A stretch of 64,000 bases of DNA from an uncultured Acidobacteriaceae bacterium (GCA_963774835.1 CAVZGS010000008.1:2206-66205); one strand, 5' to 3'. Numbered from the stretch's first letter, positions 1 to 11,004 are shown. Numbers and translations: made by a program. The notes: generated by a model from the letters alone, not told the origin.

Positions 1-211
1 GACTCCGTCGTCGGTCAGGACGAAGTCGTTGGCGGTGAGCGTGAAGACGAGATCGCCGGCCCTATTGTGAACGAGTGCGGGCGCGAGAACAAGAGTGGAG
101 CGAGTGCTGAGAAGAGAGGCTTGCGTGGTCTCATGGGACGCTGGCGGTCGCCGTCTGCGCGAAGAGTGGAACGGCCAGCGTCATGAGAATGCTTGAGAGG
201 CACCACTTCAT
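1..211 (-). CDS. Partial (5' end) secreted VWA-domain-type protein, one apparent frameshift
   Basis: Manual translation: signal peptide MKWCLSSILMTLAVPLFAQ, then after a frameshift TLVLAPALVHNRAGDLVFTLTANDFVLTDDGV, typical of the acidobacterial VWA protein N-terminus; runs off the window edge. Confidence 0.55.
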
Positions 212-253
212 GTGAGCAAGTATAAGACTGGTCGACCGAGTGGTGGAGTCGTG

Positions 254-628
254 TCAGGCGACGGACGCGAGACCGTTCTTTTTTACCAGAGTCAGCAATT
301 TGAGGGAGGCGCCTTGTGGTTTCTTTTCGCCGCGCTCCCACTGGGAGATGAGATTGACGGAGACTCCGATATAACGAGCGAAGACGGCCTGACTGGCCAT
401 CTCGTGTTCGCGAATGCCGGCTATCTGACGCGGAGTAAGAGGCTTTACGGGCGTCAGGCACATCACGTCGAAGTGGCGCATGGTCAATTTGTCCATCACT
501 CCTGCGTGATGAAGGTCTTCGGCTGTTTCATGGATAGCCGCGAAGACCGGGCTACGATACGTTTTCTTCGCAGATGACTTCTTCGAAGGCGCCCTTTTTG
601 AGCGCGAGGGCAATTGTTTTTTCGTCAT
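254..628 (-). CDS. XRE-family HTH antitoxin (HigA-like)
   Basis: SQAVFARYIGVSVNLISQWERGEKKPQG HTH; directly downstream of a RelE-like gene; start uncertain. Confidence 0.85.
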   Translation of the reverse strand: MTKKQLPSRSKRAPSKKSSAKKTYRSPVFAAIHETAEDLHHAGVMDKLTMRHFDVMCLTPVKPLTPRQIAGIREHEMASQAVFARYIGVSVNLISQWERGEKKPQGASLKLLTLVKKNGLASVA

Positions 629-935
629 AGTTGAGCATCCTTCCAGCGAGATCCTTCAATCCCGCGATTTCATTCCGTTCGAGATTGTCCTGCGCGTTCT
701 TTGCAAATCCGAGGATAAAGAAAGCGGTTTTGTGCGCCTTGAAGAAAATGATCGTGCGAAAACCACCCGATTTCCCCTGTCCCTTGCGTGCAATACGCTG
801 TTTGTAAATACCGCCACCCAAGTTTGCATGAGCTAGTCCAGTTGAAATCTCGCGAATGGCTTTGCAAAGCGAGGCATCGGAGATTGCATTGTCGACTGCG
901 AACCTCCGGAATTGCCTGTTGACGAAGATGCGCAT
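552..935 (-). CDS. Type II toxin, RelE/ParE family
   Basis: ANLGGGIYKQRIARKGQGKSGGFRTII...FAKN motif; toxin-first order. Confidence 0.85.
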   Translation of the reverse strand: MRIFVNRQFRRFAVDNAISDASLCKAIREISTGLAHANLGGGIYKQRIARKGQGKSGGFRTIIFFKAHKTAFFILGFAKNAQDNLERNEIAGLKDLAGRMLNYDEKTIALALKKGAFEEVICEENVS

Positions 936-953
936 CCGGATAGCGTGGCCTTT

Positions 954-975
954 ACTATAGCACAGAGTGTTATAG
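954..975 (-). promoter_or_regulatory. Putative TA operator overlapping the -10 box
   Basis: CTATAGCAC-aga-GTGTTATAG inverted repeat (1 mismatch) at 955-975 overlapping minus-strand TATAGT (954-959) just upstream of the toxin. Confidence 0.6.
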
Positions 976-983
976 CGACGGAT

Positions 984-1771
984 CTACTTGATGATGCCGC
1001 GTTGGCTGTTGGCGATGAAGTCGGCGAAGTAGGCTACGTGTTCGCCAAATTCTCCGGAGGTGATCTTTTCGCGCATGGCGGCGAGGGCGTCGGTGGTGTT
1101 GAGTTTGCTCGATTGCAGGAGGCGGTAGGCGTGGCGGAGTTGTTTGATCTGCTCCGGGGTGAAGCCGCGGCGCTGGAGGCCGACTTTGTTGAGGCCGTAG
1201 GAGCGGTTGTTGCGCTCGGCGGAGGTGAGGGAGTAAGGGCAGGACGTCCTGCGTGGCCATGGTGCCGCCGCCGATGTAGGCGTGGCGGCCGACGCGGCAG
1301 AACTGGTGGACCGCGCTGAATGCGCCGACGACGGCGAAGTCTTCAACGACGACGTGGCCGGCGAGGGTGGCGGCGTTGGCGAGGATGCAGTTGCTGCCGA
1401 CGTGGGAGTCGTGGCCGATGTGGGCGCTGGCCATCAGGAGGCAATTGTTGCCGAGTGAGGTGAGGCCGCCTCCGCCGGTGGTGCCTCGGGAGATGGTGAC
1501 GCACTCGCGGATGGTGTTGTTGTCGCCGATTTTGACGCTGGTGGGTTCGCCGGCGTACTTGAGGTCCATGCGGGGGGATGCCGATGCAGGTGAAGGGGGA
1601 GACGCGGTTCTTGCTGCCCATCGTCAAGAGGCCTTCGAGGACGACGTGGGAGATGAGTTCGCAGTCTTCTCCGAGGACGACATTGGGGCCGATGGTGCAG
1701 AAGGGGCCGACTTTGCAGCTTGCGGGGCCCTGGGCGCCCTCCGCGACGATCGCTGTGGGGTGGATGCTCAC
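984..1771 (-). CDS. lpxA: UDP-N-acetylglucosamine O-acyltransferase (2 apparent frameshifts near 1575 and 1250)
   Basis: Fragments [67 protein letters not shown]; GTG start overlaps the fabZ stop. Confidence 0.92.
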
Positions 1772-2304
1772 TCTGCGGTCTCGACCCCGGCTTCGACTTT
1801 GCCTTGGACTTTTTGGGCGACGCGGGGGACGACCTGGCACATGACGGTGGCGTCGCAGACGAGTTTGCCGTCGACGGTGATGCTGCCCGCCATCTTCACT
1901 GCACGGCTGCGCCAGTTCACGACGGTAACTTCGATACGGAGCTGGTCGCCGGGGGTGACGGGGCGGCGGAAGCGGGCGTTCTCAATGCTGGTGAAGACCA
2001 TAAGCTTGGAGTCGCGGTCGGGGATCTCGGTGAGGAGAAGAGCGCCGCCGGTTTGGGCGATGGCTTCGACCATGAGGACGCCGGGCATGATGGGGTAGCC
2101 GGGGAAGTGGCCTTGAAAAAACTCCTCGTTGATGGTGACGTTCTTGATGGCGACGATGCGCTTGCGCGGCTCCATCTCGAGGACGCGGTCGATAAGGAGG
2201 AAGGGGTAGCGGTGCGGCAGGAGGGACATGATTTCGAGGATGTCCATCGTCCTGCTGGGCGCGGCTGGTTGCTCGTCGGGGGAGGAGTTGGGCGTGTCGG
2301 TCAT
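1768..2304 (-). CDS. fabZ: 3-hydroxyacyl-ACP dehydratase
   Basis: LPHRYPFLLIDRV, FFQGHFPGYPIMPGVLMVEA. Confidence 0.97.
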   Translation of the reverse strand: MTDTPNSSPDEQPAAPSRTMDILEIMSLLPHRYPFLLIDRVLEMEPRKRIVAIKNVTINEEFFQGHFPGYPIMPGVLMVEAIAQTGGALLLTEIPDRDSKLMVFTSIENARFRRPVTPGDQLRIEVTVVNWRSRAVKMAGSITVDGKLVCDATVMCQVVPRVAQKVQGKVEAGVETAE

Positions 2305-2376
2305 GGCATGGATGAGTATAAACGGCGAGGGCGAGCATGCTTATGTGTGGTGAAGAAGGGGTTTCGCTTCGTTCGA

Positions 2377-2413
2377 TGACCCACCCTTCGCAAAGGACGC
2401 GAAGGATGGGTCA
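2377..2413. repeat. REP-like palindrome
   Basis: TGACCCACCCTTCGC-N7-GCGAAGGATGGGTCA, 15-bp arms with 1 mismatch; related hairpin at 47843-47873. Confidence 0.65.
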
Positions 2414-2441
2414 CCCGGCGAAAGGCGGTTAGAAGATGCGA

Positions 2442-3498
2442 CTACGCTGGTGGTGGAAGTTGAGCGCTGGGGGTGGATTTGGAGATTTCGACTTCTTCGG
2501 GAGTCATGTCCACGGGGACGTCGGCGAATAGTGGAGTGGTGAGGTAGCGTTCGCCGGTGTCGGGCAGCATGGCGAGGATGGTGGATCCCTTGGGGGCTTC
2601 GGCGGCGATCTTCAGGGCGCCAGCAAAGGTGGCCCCTGAGCTGATGCCAACAAAGATGCCTTCTTTTTTGGCGAGGGCCTGGCTTTGGGCCATGGCTTCA
2701 GGGTTGGTGATGCGGAGGCACCTGGTGGATGCGGTGGGTGTCGATCGCGTCCTGGGCGAGCTTGGGGATGAAGTCGGGGCTCCAACCCTGCTGGGGGTGC
2801 GGTGTCCAGGAGGGATGGCTGGCGGAGGCGGTTCCGTCAGGATTGTTGGGCTGGGGAAGGCCGCTTGAGACCATGGGGGCGGCATCGGGTTCGCAGAGGA
2901 CGATTTTGGTGTCGGGGCGTTTTTCGGCGAGGACGCGGGAGACGCCTTTGAGGGTGCCTCCGGTGCCGAAGCCGGTGACCCAGAAGTCGAGGGGGTCGCC
3001 TTCGAAGTCGCTGAGGATCTCCTGGGCGGTGGTGCGGGAGTGGAAGTCGGCGTTGGCCTCGTTGGTGAACTGGCGGGTGAGGAACCAGCCGTTTTTTGCG
3101 GCGAGTTCCTCGGCCTTTTTGACCATGCCGGTGCCGCGGGCGGGGCCGGGGGTGATGATGACCTTCGCTCCGAGGAAGCGCATTAGCTTGCGGCGCTCGA
3201 TGGAGAAGGTTTCGGCCATGGTGACGACGAGGGGGTAGCCCTTTGCCGCGCAGACCATGGCGAGGCCGATGCCGGTGTTGCCGCTGGTGGCTTCGACGAC
3301 GGTCTGGCCGGGCTTGAGGGTGCCACGCTTTTCAGCGTCTTCGATTACGCCGAGGGCGAGGCGGTCTTTGACGGAGCCCAGAGGGTTGAAGGCTTCGATC
3401 TTGACGAAGAGGTTGATGCCTTCGGGGGCGAGCTTGTTGATGCGGACGACAGGGGTGTTGCCGATGGTGCCGAGGATGTTGTCGAACTTGCGTTTCAT
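2442..3498 (-). CDS. cysK: Cysteine synthase A (frameshift near 2720)
   Basis: NPLGSVKDR, EATSGNTG, GFGTGGT, GIFVGISSGA, PDTGERYL. Confidence 0.92.
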
Positions 3499-3589
3499 TG
3501 AGTGTGGCTCCTTCGTGATGTGTATTGGCCTAGAGCATTTTCCTTGTGGGTGAGTATCCCCTCAGGGCCGCTGGCAGAAAGAAAAAGAC

Positions 3590-3656
3590 GAAATACGGGG
3601 ATCCTTCACTGCGTTCAGGATGACAGGCCTAATTTGCACTGCGCTCAGGATGACGG
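3590..3656. repeat. Two tandem copies of a GATCCTTC...CAGGATGAC intergenic repeat
   Basis: GAAATACGGGGATCCTTCACTGCGTTCAGGATGAC (3590-3624) plus a partial copy at 3637-3656; third copy at 41402-41436. Confidence 0.75.
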
Positions 3657-3668
3657 ATCTAATTCGGT

Positions 3669-4523
3669 TTATTGCTTCTTTTTGAGGAGGACATCGGGGT
3701 TGAAGGTGTCGGGTGAAAGGTCTACGTCGTATTCGGCCTTGGTGTAGAAGAGCTGGCTGGCCATGTCGCCGTTGTGGTAGCGGGTGACGGTGAAGGGGGT
3801 GGGCAGGCCCTGGATGGTGTGGTAATCATCGTACTCTTCGGCGTCTTCGTCGTGGTCTTTGAAGACGGTGTTGCGCCACTCGAAGGTGCGGCGGCGGGGG
3901 AGGTGGGTCTGGGCGTCGATGTCGAGGGTGACGGCGTCGTTGTTGTCGCTGAGGATGGTGACCCGTTCGGTGAGGCGGCGCTCGACCATGGTACTGCCTA
4001 CGTCGATGACGACCACGCCGGGGGCCTTGAGCCAGGTGCGGTAGATGGACTCGATGGAGTGGTCCTGGCGGCGGAAATAGTCTTCGACCTGGTCCCTGGG
4101 GAGTGGGGCATTGCCTTTGAAGGTGACCTCGTGGCCGGTGTTGTTGATCCAGATCTGGACGACGTCGATTTTTTTGCCGGGGAAGATGATGCTCTTGTCG
4201 GTGAGGAAGCCGATGCGGGTGGCATCGGGGCGACCGGGGCCGGGGAACTGGTGGGTGACGTGGAAGTCGATGACGATGCCGGTGGGCGCTCCGCGGAAGA
4301 AGCGGGCGATGTGGCCGTCCTGAACGATGTTGCGGCGGTTGAGCCAGGCGTCGCCGCCGAGGGCTTCGAGCATCTCGTCGAGGAGCTTGCGTCCGCGCTG
4401 CTCCTGCGTCTGGCCGCTGGCCTGAGGGGGAGCAGCGCTGGGGATGTCGCGGGCCTGTCCGGCGAGTGGCCGCGCGGTGGTGAGGAGGCCGATCGTGATG
4501 CAGAGGATGAGGACTTGCTTCAT
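3669..4523 (-). CDS. Secreted hypothetical protein (possibly LolA-like lipoprotein-sorting fold)
   Basis: 284 aa ORF with signal peptide and host-like codon usage. Confidence 0.6.
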   Translation of the reverse strand: MKQVLILCITIGLLTTARPLAGQARDIPSAAPPQASGQTQEQRGRKLLDEMLEALGGDAWLNRRNIVQDGHIARFFRGAPTGIVIDFHVTHQFPGPGRPDATRIGFLTDKSIIFPGKKIDVVQIWINNTGHEVTFKGNAPLPRDQVEDYFRRQDHSIESIYRTWLKAPGVVVIDVGSTMVERRLTERVTILSDNNDAVTLDIDAQTHLPRRRTFEWRNTVFKDHDEDAEEYDDYHTIQGLPTPFTVTRYHNGDMASQLFYTKAEYDVDLSPDTFNPDVLLKKKQ

Positions 4524-4534
4524 TCAAGCTCCGT

Positions 4535-5309
4535 TCAGCCGACGAGTACCGCGCCGCCGTTCACGTTGAAGATCTCGCCGGAGATGAAGCCGGCGAAGGG
4601 GGTGCAGAGAAAGAGTATGGGAGCGGCGATCTCGTCGACGTGGGCGGGACGACCGAGTGGGATAAGCGACAACAGCTTTTTGGACGTTTCGGGGTCGCTG
4701 AGGACAGCCACGGACATCTCGGTGCCGACCCAGCCGGGGGCGACGCAGTTGCAGTAGATTCCCTGGCCGATGAGTTCGGTGGAGAGGCCCTTGGTCAGGC
4801 TGATGAGAGCGCCTTTGCTGGCGGCGTAGTCGGCGTGGAAGGCCTCGCCGCGCTGGCCGGCGGTGGAGCTGACCAGGACGATGTGGCCGCGCGTTGTGCC
4901 GGAGGCCTGCTGGGACTGCATTTGGGCTACGGCTGCACGGACGACGCCGAAGACGCTGTCGAGGTTTGTGCCGAGGGTGGCTCGCCACTGGGTCGTGGTC
5001 ATCTCGGCGATGGGGACGTCGTGCGAGGGCCAGATGCCGTGGTTGAGGATGGCGCAGTCGAGGCGTCCGAAGATGGCGACGGCGGCGGCGACGAGGGCGT
5101 GGCCATCTTCGGGGGTGCAGAGCGGCTGCTGGATGGCGCGGCAGAGGTCGGGGCCTCCGCACTCTGTCGCGAGTGCATTGGCCTGCGGCCGCCGCGGACT
5201 GGTAGCTGAAGACTACCTTCGCACCTGCCTGATGGAAGAGGCGAACGGTCGCCGCGCCGATTCCACGGGAGCCGCCGGTGATCAGGGCGACTTTGCCCGC
5301 CAGCGACAT
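4535..5309 (-). CDS. SDR family oxidoreductase (frameshifted)
   Basis: TGGSRGIG, YAASK, NCVAPGWV, VNGG. Confidence 0.88.
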
Positions 5310-5429
5310 TACTACACCTGAGGCGTTTGCGTTCGGCATATACTCGACGCTATCGAATCACCCTTTCTGACGCAAGTTATGCATGCACTGAGAGTTTTCT
5401 ACCAATTCTTTCTGAGGAGCTGACTGTTT

Positions 5430-5816
5430 ATGAAGATCGCCGTTGTTATTGCACGCATTCTGCTTGGACTTCCCTTTCTGATATTCGGACTTAACGATTT
5501 CTTTCATTTCATCCCGATGCAGCCGATTCCGGGCGACGCAGGCACGCTGGTCACGATCATGTATACGCATGGATGGCTGACGTTCCACGGCATTCTGTAT
5601 GTGATCGCCGGGTTGCTGCTGGTGGTTGGGCGGTATGTTCCCGTTGCGTTGGTTCTGCTGGGGCCGATTATTGTGAACATTCTGTTGTTTCACGTTACGC
5701 TGGCGCCTTCGGGGATTGGGCCGGGGCTTGTGTGTGCTGCGCTGGAGGTGTTTCTGATATGGACGTACTGGCCGGCATTCCAAGGGATCTTTACCTCGAA
5801 GATGGAGGTCGGGTAG
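5430..5816 (+). CDS. DoxX-like membrane protein
   Basis: 128 aa, four hydrophobic segments, ARILLGL...FGLN, PIIVNILLFH. Confidence 0.75.
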   Translation: MKIAVVIARILLGLPFLIFGLNDFFHFIPMQPIPGDAGTLVTIMYTHGWLTFHGILYVIAGLLLVVGRYVPVALVLLGPIIVNILLFHVTLAPSGIGPGLVCAALEVFLIWTYWPAFQGIFTSKMEVG

Positions 5817-5843
5817 TCCTTGCAAGATCATTTATTCCAATAA

Positions 5844-6105
5844 TTTGCAAAGGTAAATATCCCCTCAAGACAAGTAACTAATTTCGCATCCTCAGTATGC
5901 ACCAAATTACCCATGTAAAAACCCCTATGACCACTGCCCAGTAAGCCAGAGCGAAGACCGTGAACCAATCTAAGAGCATGGCAAAGGTATACATAATGAC
6001 CTAATTTTTTCAAAGCTCACAGATCCCTCGATTGAGGGGCCTTTGTTCCCGAAAAACGCCCGAGCTTTTCCATACTTGTTTTGAGGGGATATTTATCTTT
6101 GCAAA
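5844..6105. repeat. 33-bp inverted repeat flanking a 196-bp AT-rich segment
   Basis: TTTGCAAAGGTAAATATCCCCTCAAGACAAGTA (5844-5876) versus TACTTGTTTTGAGGGGATATTTATCTTTGCAAA (6073-6105), 31/33 complementary. Confidence 0.9.
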
Positions 6106-6248
6106 GCTGGCTTGCCTTCGTTTAGAAGGGACGATGCCTTGGTTTGCGCGCCTCGAAAAGAGGCTTCTTTGTTTTTTCCACGGCCCTGCGTATTGCGTGA
6201 GAGATTGGTTGGGACGATTAGATCGATGAAGGCGTGGGTCGAGTGCGA

Positions 6249-8954
6249 ATGAGATTTTGTGGATGGGCGTTGGGGTTTGTGCTTGCCGCAGGAGTGACGA
6301 TGGCGGGTCAGTTTGGCTTTGGCAGCAAATCCTGCGGTGCCGCTGCCCGTGACGATCGACACAGGCTGGCAGTTGCAGGACGCGGCGAAGGTGCCGGAGG
6401 GCGGGGGGGCGATTGCGACGGCGAAGTACAAGCCGCAAAGCTGGTACGCCGCTACGGTGCCGGGGACGGTGCTGACGAGCCTGGTCAACAACGGCGTTTA
6501 TCCGGAGCCGCTGTATGGGGAGAACAATCGGCCGGACAAGATTCCTGACAGCTTGTCGCGTACGCCGTATTGGTACCGGACGGTCTTCAGTGTTCCGAAG
6601 GCGTATTCGGGCAAGCATGTGTGGCTGAATTTCGAGGGAATCAATTTTTCTGCGCAGGTTTGGGTGAATGGACGACAGGTGGGCGCGATGAAGGGCGCCT
6701 TCAGTCGGGGGGTGTTTGATATTTCGCAGGACGTGAAGGCGGGCAGGAAGGCGGTGCTGGCGGTGCTGGTGTCGCCGCAACCGCATCCGGGTGATCCGCA
6801 TGAACATACGATTCGCGATGGGGTGGGGAAGAACGGCGGCATTACCGCGATCGATGGGCCAACGTTTCTTTCGACGATTGGGTGGGACTGGATCCCGGCG
6901 ATTCGCGATCGGGATACAGGGATATGGCAGAAGGTGTTTATTTCGGCGAGTGGGCCGGTGGTCATCAAAGACCCGCTGGTGACGACGGATCTTCCGCTGC
7001 CGAAGGTGGATACGGCGGATGTTTCTGTTCAGGCGAGGGTGGAGAACGTAACGGACGAGCCGCAGAAGGGCGTCTTGAAGGGGAGCTTTGGGGACGTTTC
7101 GTTTGAGCAGAGCGTCGAGGTCGCGCCGAAGAGTTCGCAGGTGGTGTCGTTTGGTCCGTAAGACTACGGCGGCGCTGCATATGGCTAATCCAAGGCTGTG
7201 GTGGCCGAATGGGTATGGGCCGCAGAACCTTTACCAGCTTCATCTGAGCTTTGAGGTGGATGGGAAGGCGTCGGACAGCAGGGACGTGAGTTTCGGGATT
7301 CGGAAGTTCAGCTATTCGGTGCCTGACTCGGAGAACCTGACGATTTCGGTGAACGGCGTGCGGGTGTTTATTCGCGGGGGAAACTGGGGTCTGGATGAGG
7401 CGATGAAGCGCAATCCACGGGAGCGGCTGGAGGCGCAGATCCGGATGCATCAGGTCGCGAACCTGAATATGATTCGCAACTGGGTGGGTCAGAGTACGAG
7501 TGAGGACTTTTACGAGCTCTGCGACAAGTACGGGTTGCTGGTGTGGGACGAGTTTTTTCAGCCGAATCCGAACGATGGGCCGGACCCTGATGACTTCGAT
7601 ACGTACATGGCGAACGTTCGCGAGAAGATACTGCGGTTTCGCAATCATCCTTCGATCGTGCTGTGGTGTGCGCGGAACGAGGGGTATCCGCCGAAGGAGA
7701 TTGATGATGCGTTGCGGACGTTGATGGCGGAGCTGGAGCCTACGCGGTTGTATCAGGCGAACTCGGCCGATGGGCGGGGGGTCAATTCGCATGGGCCGTA
7801 TCACTGGAGGACGCCAAGGGAGTTTTATGTGTTTGATGAGGCGTTCAAGACAGAGGTGGGGAGCCTTTCGGTGCCAACGATTGAGTCGATACGCGGGATG
7901 ATGCCGGAGAAGGACTGGGAGACGATCAACGATGACTGGGCCGAGCATGATTTTGCCAAGGGTGCGCAAGGGGGCGACAAATATCCGGCGATGATTGCGG
8001 AGCGGTATGGCAAGGTGGCGAACCTTGCGGACTTTGTAAGGAAGTCGCAGCTGGCGAACTATGAGGCGTTTCGAGCGATGTATGAGGGAAGGAACGCCAA
8101 GCTGTTTCATCCGACTACGGGGATTCTGACGTGGATGAGCAATCCGGCGCAGCCTAGCTTTGTGTGGCAGCTTTATCACCATGACCTTGAGCCGAACTCT
8201 GCTTTGTTTGCGGTGAAGAAGGCCGCGGAGACTGTCCATATTCAGTTGAACGAGAGCGATGGCGATGTTCAGGTGATTAATAATTTAGATAGCGGTTTGG
8301 AGAACGCTCGCGCCCGACTTTCGATCTACAATCTCGACGGTTCCGTGGCTTATCAGCATGACTTTGATGTGTCAGCTGCGGCGAGTGTTGCGACGAGCCT
8401 TGGTGTGGTTGACTGGCCTGCTGGTCTTTCGGTGGTCCACTTCGTCAAGTTGGAGTTGCGTGACGCGGCTGGGAAGCTGGTTTCGGAGAATTTTTATTGG
8501 CGGGCGCTGCCGGAGCATCAGGACGAACTGAAGGCGCTCGGTGACTTGCCAACTGTGACGCTTGAGACGAAGGTCGCTGCGGCGCGATGTTGCCGGCAAG
8601 AGCTTTGTGGATGTGACGCTGCATAATCCGGGGACGCAGATTGCTTTGATGGCGCATCTGCAGTTGCGCAGGAAGCGCTCCGGTGAACGGGTGCTGCCGG
8701 TGTATTACAGCGATAATTATGTGTCGCTGGTGCCGAATGAGAGCAAGACGATAACGATTGAGGCCGCTACTGCTGACCTGAAGGGCGAGGCGGCGCTGGT
8801 TCTGGTCGATGGATGGAACGTGGGCGTGGCGGCTTCGTCGTCGGCGGGAGTCGACCTGGGGCTGAATGTTGGGGCGCAGGTGAGACCATTGGCCAGTGAC
8901 GGGGTTGCCTATGATTTCGGCGGAGAGGTGATTTTCGGCCGGCAAGGGCAATAG
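6249..8954 (+). CDS. Glycoside hydrolase family 2 (beta-mannosidase/exo-beta-glucosaminidase-like), several frameshifts
   Basis: GWDWIPAIRDRDTGIWQ, LWWPNGYGPQNLY, RGGNW, RNHPSIVLWCARNE, TEVGS; YSDNY C-terminal domain. Confidence 0.88.
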
Positions 8955-9041
8955 TAGGGCGCTCTGGCCGTGATGGGCGGAAGTTGTACAACCATTGGGG
9001 GATTATTGTTGTTTTTCGAGGGGCCTACCTTACAAGGGTGC

Positions 9042-9069
9042 GGAACTTCCGTCCCGGTTGTGTGTCTGT
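9042..9069 (+). promoter_or_regulatory. Putative ECF sigma-factor promoter
   Basis: GGAACTT-N15-GTCTG about 100 bp upstream of the YXWGXW gene. Confidence 0.5.
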
Positions 9070-9164
9070 ACGGGAGGAAGAAGATCGGGCGGTCTGATGT
9101 GGGCCGTTCGGCAAAATGAAGGCCGCGGCAGAAGTGCCGTGATGCCAAATCCAGAGGTAGGCGA

Positions 9165-10111
9165 ATGCGATTCTCTAATTTAGTCCGTAAAGTTTTTGTG
9201 GGCGCGGCCGTTGCGCTCTTGCCTGCGGCGTCTTTTGCCGGAGTTTTTGTTTCGGTGACGATTGCGCCGCCTGTGCTTCCTGTTTATACGCAGCCAATTT
9301 GCCCTGGAGCCGGGTATCTTTGGAACCCGGGTTACTGGGCCTATGGCGATGCGGGCTATTACTGGGTTCCCGGCGTCTGGGTGCGGCCGCCGCAGGTCGG
9401 GCTGCTCTGGACGCCTGGTTACTGGGGCTGGGGCGGTGGTGTTTACTTGTTCCACGCTGGATACTGGGGGCCGCATGTGGGCTTCTACGGCGGCGTGAAC
9501 TATGGATTTGGATATGGCGGCGTCGGCTTCGGCGGCGGACGCTGGGTTGGCGGTAGTTTTGCGTATAACACCGCCGTCGTCAACGTGAACCGAACAGTAA
9601 TCACGAATACGTATGTCGACAGGACCGTCATCAATACGAATGTTGGTGTTCGTACGAGCTTCAACGGTGGCGCGGGAATTCAGGCCCGTCCGACGGCAGT
9701 GGAGGCTTCCTATGAACGGGAAAATCATATCGCCGCTACTGCTGAACAGCAGAACCATATGCAGATGGCGCGGGCCGATCGCAGTAATTTTGCTTCGGTG
9801 AACGGCGGGCATCCGCAGAATGCGGCATTCTCGCGACCTGGAGTGCGCGCGGAGAACCAGCAGCAGCGTATTGGCCAGGGCGTTCAGTCCGGCCAGCTTA
9901 CTGCGCATGAAACCGCTAACCTCGAGAACCGCGAGGCGAGTATCAATCATCAGGCCGCGGCGACCGTGCCGCGAACGGCGGCCATCTGACGGCGCAGGAG
10001 CATCAGCAGATCAATCAGCGACAGAACAACGTCAGCAAATCGATCAATAACGATAAGCACAATGCGAATACGCAGGCGCATCCGCATGCTGAGGGTCACG
10101 AAAAGAAGTAG
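9165..10111 (+). CDS. YXWGXW-repeat secreted protein (frameshift near 9960)
   Basis: Signal peptide; WNPGYW, WVPGVW, WTPGYW, HAGYW repeats; Q/N-rich tail. Confidence 0.85.
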
Positions 10112-10133
10112 TAGTTTGGAGTAAGAAGAATGG

Positions 10134-10167
10134 AGCGGCCGGTGATGTCTCGCCGGCCGCTTTTTTT
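10134..10167 (+). terminator. Rho-independent terminator
   Basis: GCGGCCGGTGA-tgtc-TCGCCGGCCGC followed by T7. Confidence 0.8.
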
Positions 10168-10188
10168 CGCGCTTAGAATCGAACGATG

Positions 10189-11004
10189 ATGGGTGCGGAG
10201 ATCGATCGAGTCGTCGTGGTGCTGGTGCGGGCGCGTAATCCGAACAATATTGGCGCGGTGGCCCGAGCGATGCATGATTTTGGATTTCGGCATCTGCGGG
10301 TCGTGAATGAGTATGCTGTGCCGTTCGAGACGGCGCGGTCTGCGGTGGACGCGTCGGAGGTGCTGACGGGGGCGTCGGTATTTGACAGCGTGGCGGACGC
10401 GGTCGCGGATTGCACGCTCGTGGTGGGGACGACGGCTGTGGGCGAGAGGGCCCTGCAGCATCCGCTGTATGTGTTGCGGGACGCGGCTGGGACGATTCGC
10501 GAAGCGCTGGCGCGAGAGGACGGGCGAGTCGCGCTGCTCTTCGGGTCGGAGAAGACGGGGCTGAGCAACGATGAGTTGAGCCACTGCCACTGGTTGCTGA
10601 CGATTCCGATGGAGGAGTATGAAGCGGTACGGCATCCGTCGATGAATCTTGGACAGGCTGTGGCGGTTTGTCTGTATGAGCTGGTGCGGTCGCGTGAGTC
10701 TGTTGTTTCTGCGCGAGGCGGGGTGTCTGCTGCAGCCGTGGCGGGTGAGGGGGAACGGCTGACGGCGTTGCTGACAGAGGTGCTGGAGGAGACTGGCTAT
10801 ACGAAGCGGCATCCGGCGAACTGCGAGGAAGGGCAGATTCGGCGGCTGGTGTTGAGGATGGGGGTCGCGGCGAGCGATGCTCCGGTGTGGATGGGGATCC
10901 TGCGGCAGGCTGCTGTGGAGGCCGCGGGGGCGGTGAGGGTTAGATTGCGGCGGTGGCTGTTTTGCGGCGATCGCACCTATCGCGAAGTGCGTGGTGAACT
11001 GTAG
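10189..11004 (+). CDS. TrmJ/LasT-family SPOUT RNA methyltransferase (3' end probably frameshifted)
   Basis: NPNNIGAVARAM, LLFGSEKTGLSN, SMNLGQAVAV. Confidence 0.88.
   Translation: MGAEIDRVVVVLVRARNPNNIGAVARAMHDFGFRHLRVVNEYAVPFETARSAVDASEVLTGASVFDSVADAVADCTLVVGTTAVGERALQHPLYVLRDAAGTIREALAREDGRVALLFGSEKTGLSNDELSHCHWLLTIPMEEYEAVRHPSMNLGQAVAVCLYELVRSRESVVSARGGVSAAAVAGEGERLTALLTEVLEETGYTKRHPANCEEGQIRRLVLRMGVAASDAPVWMGILRQAAVEAAGAVRVRLRRWLFCGDRTYREVRGEL

Noticed and set aside
5828-6013. 61-aa ORF overlapping the inverted-repeat segment as a type I toxin
   Set aside because: TTG start, no SD, no hydrophobic helix, and it crosses the left repeat arm
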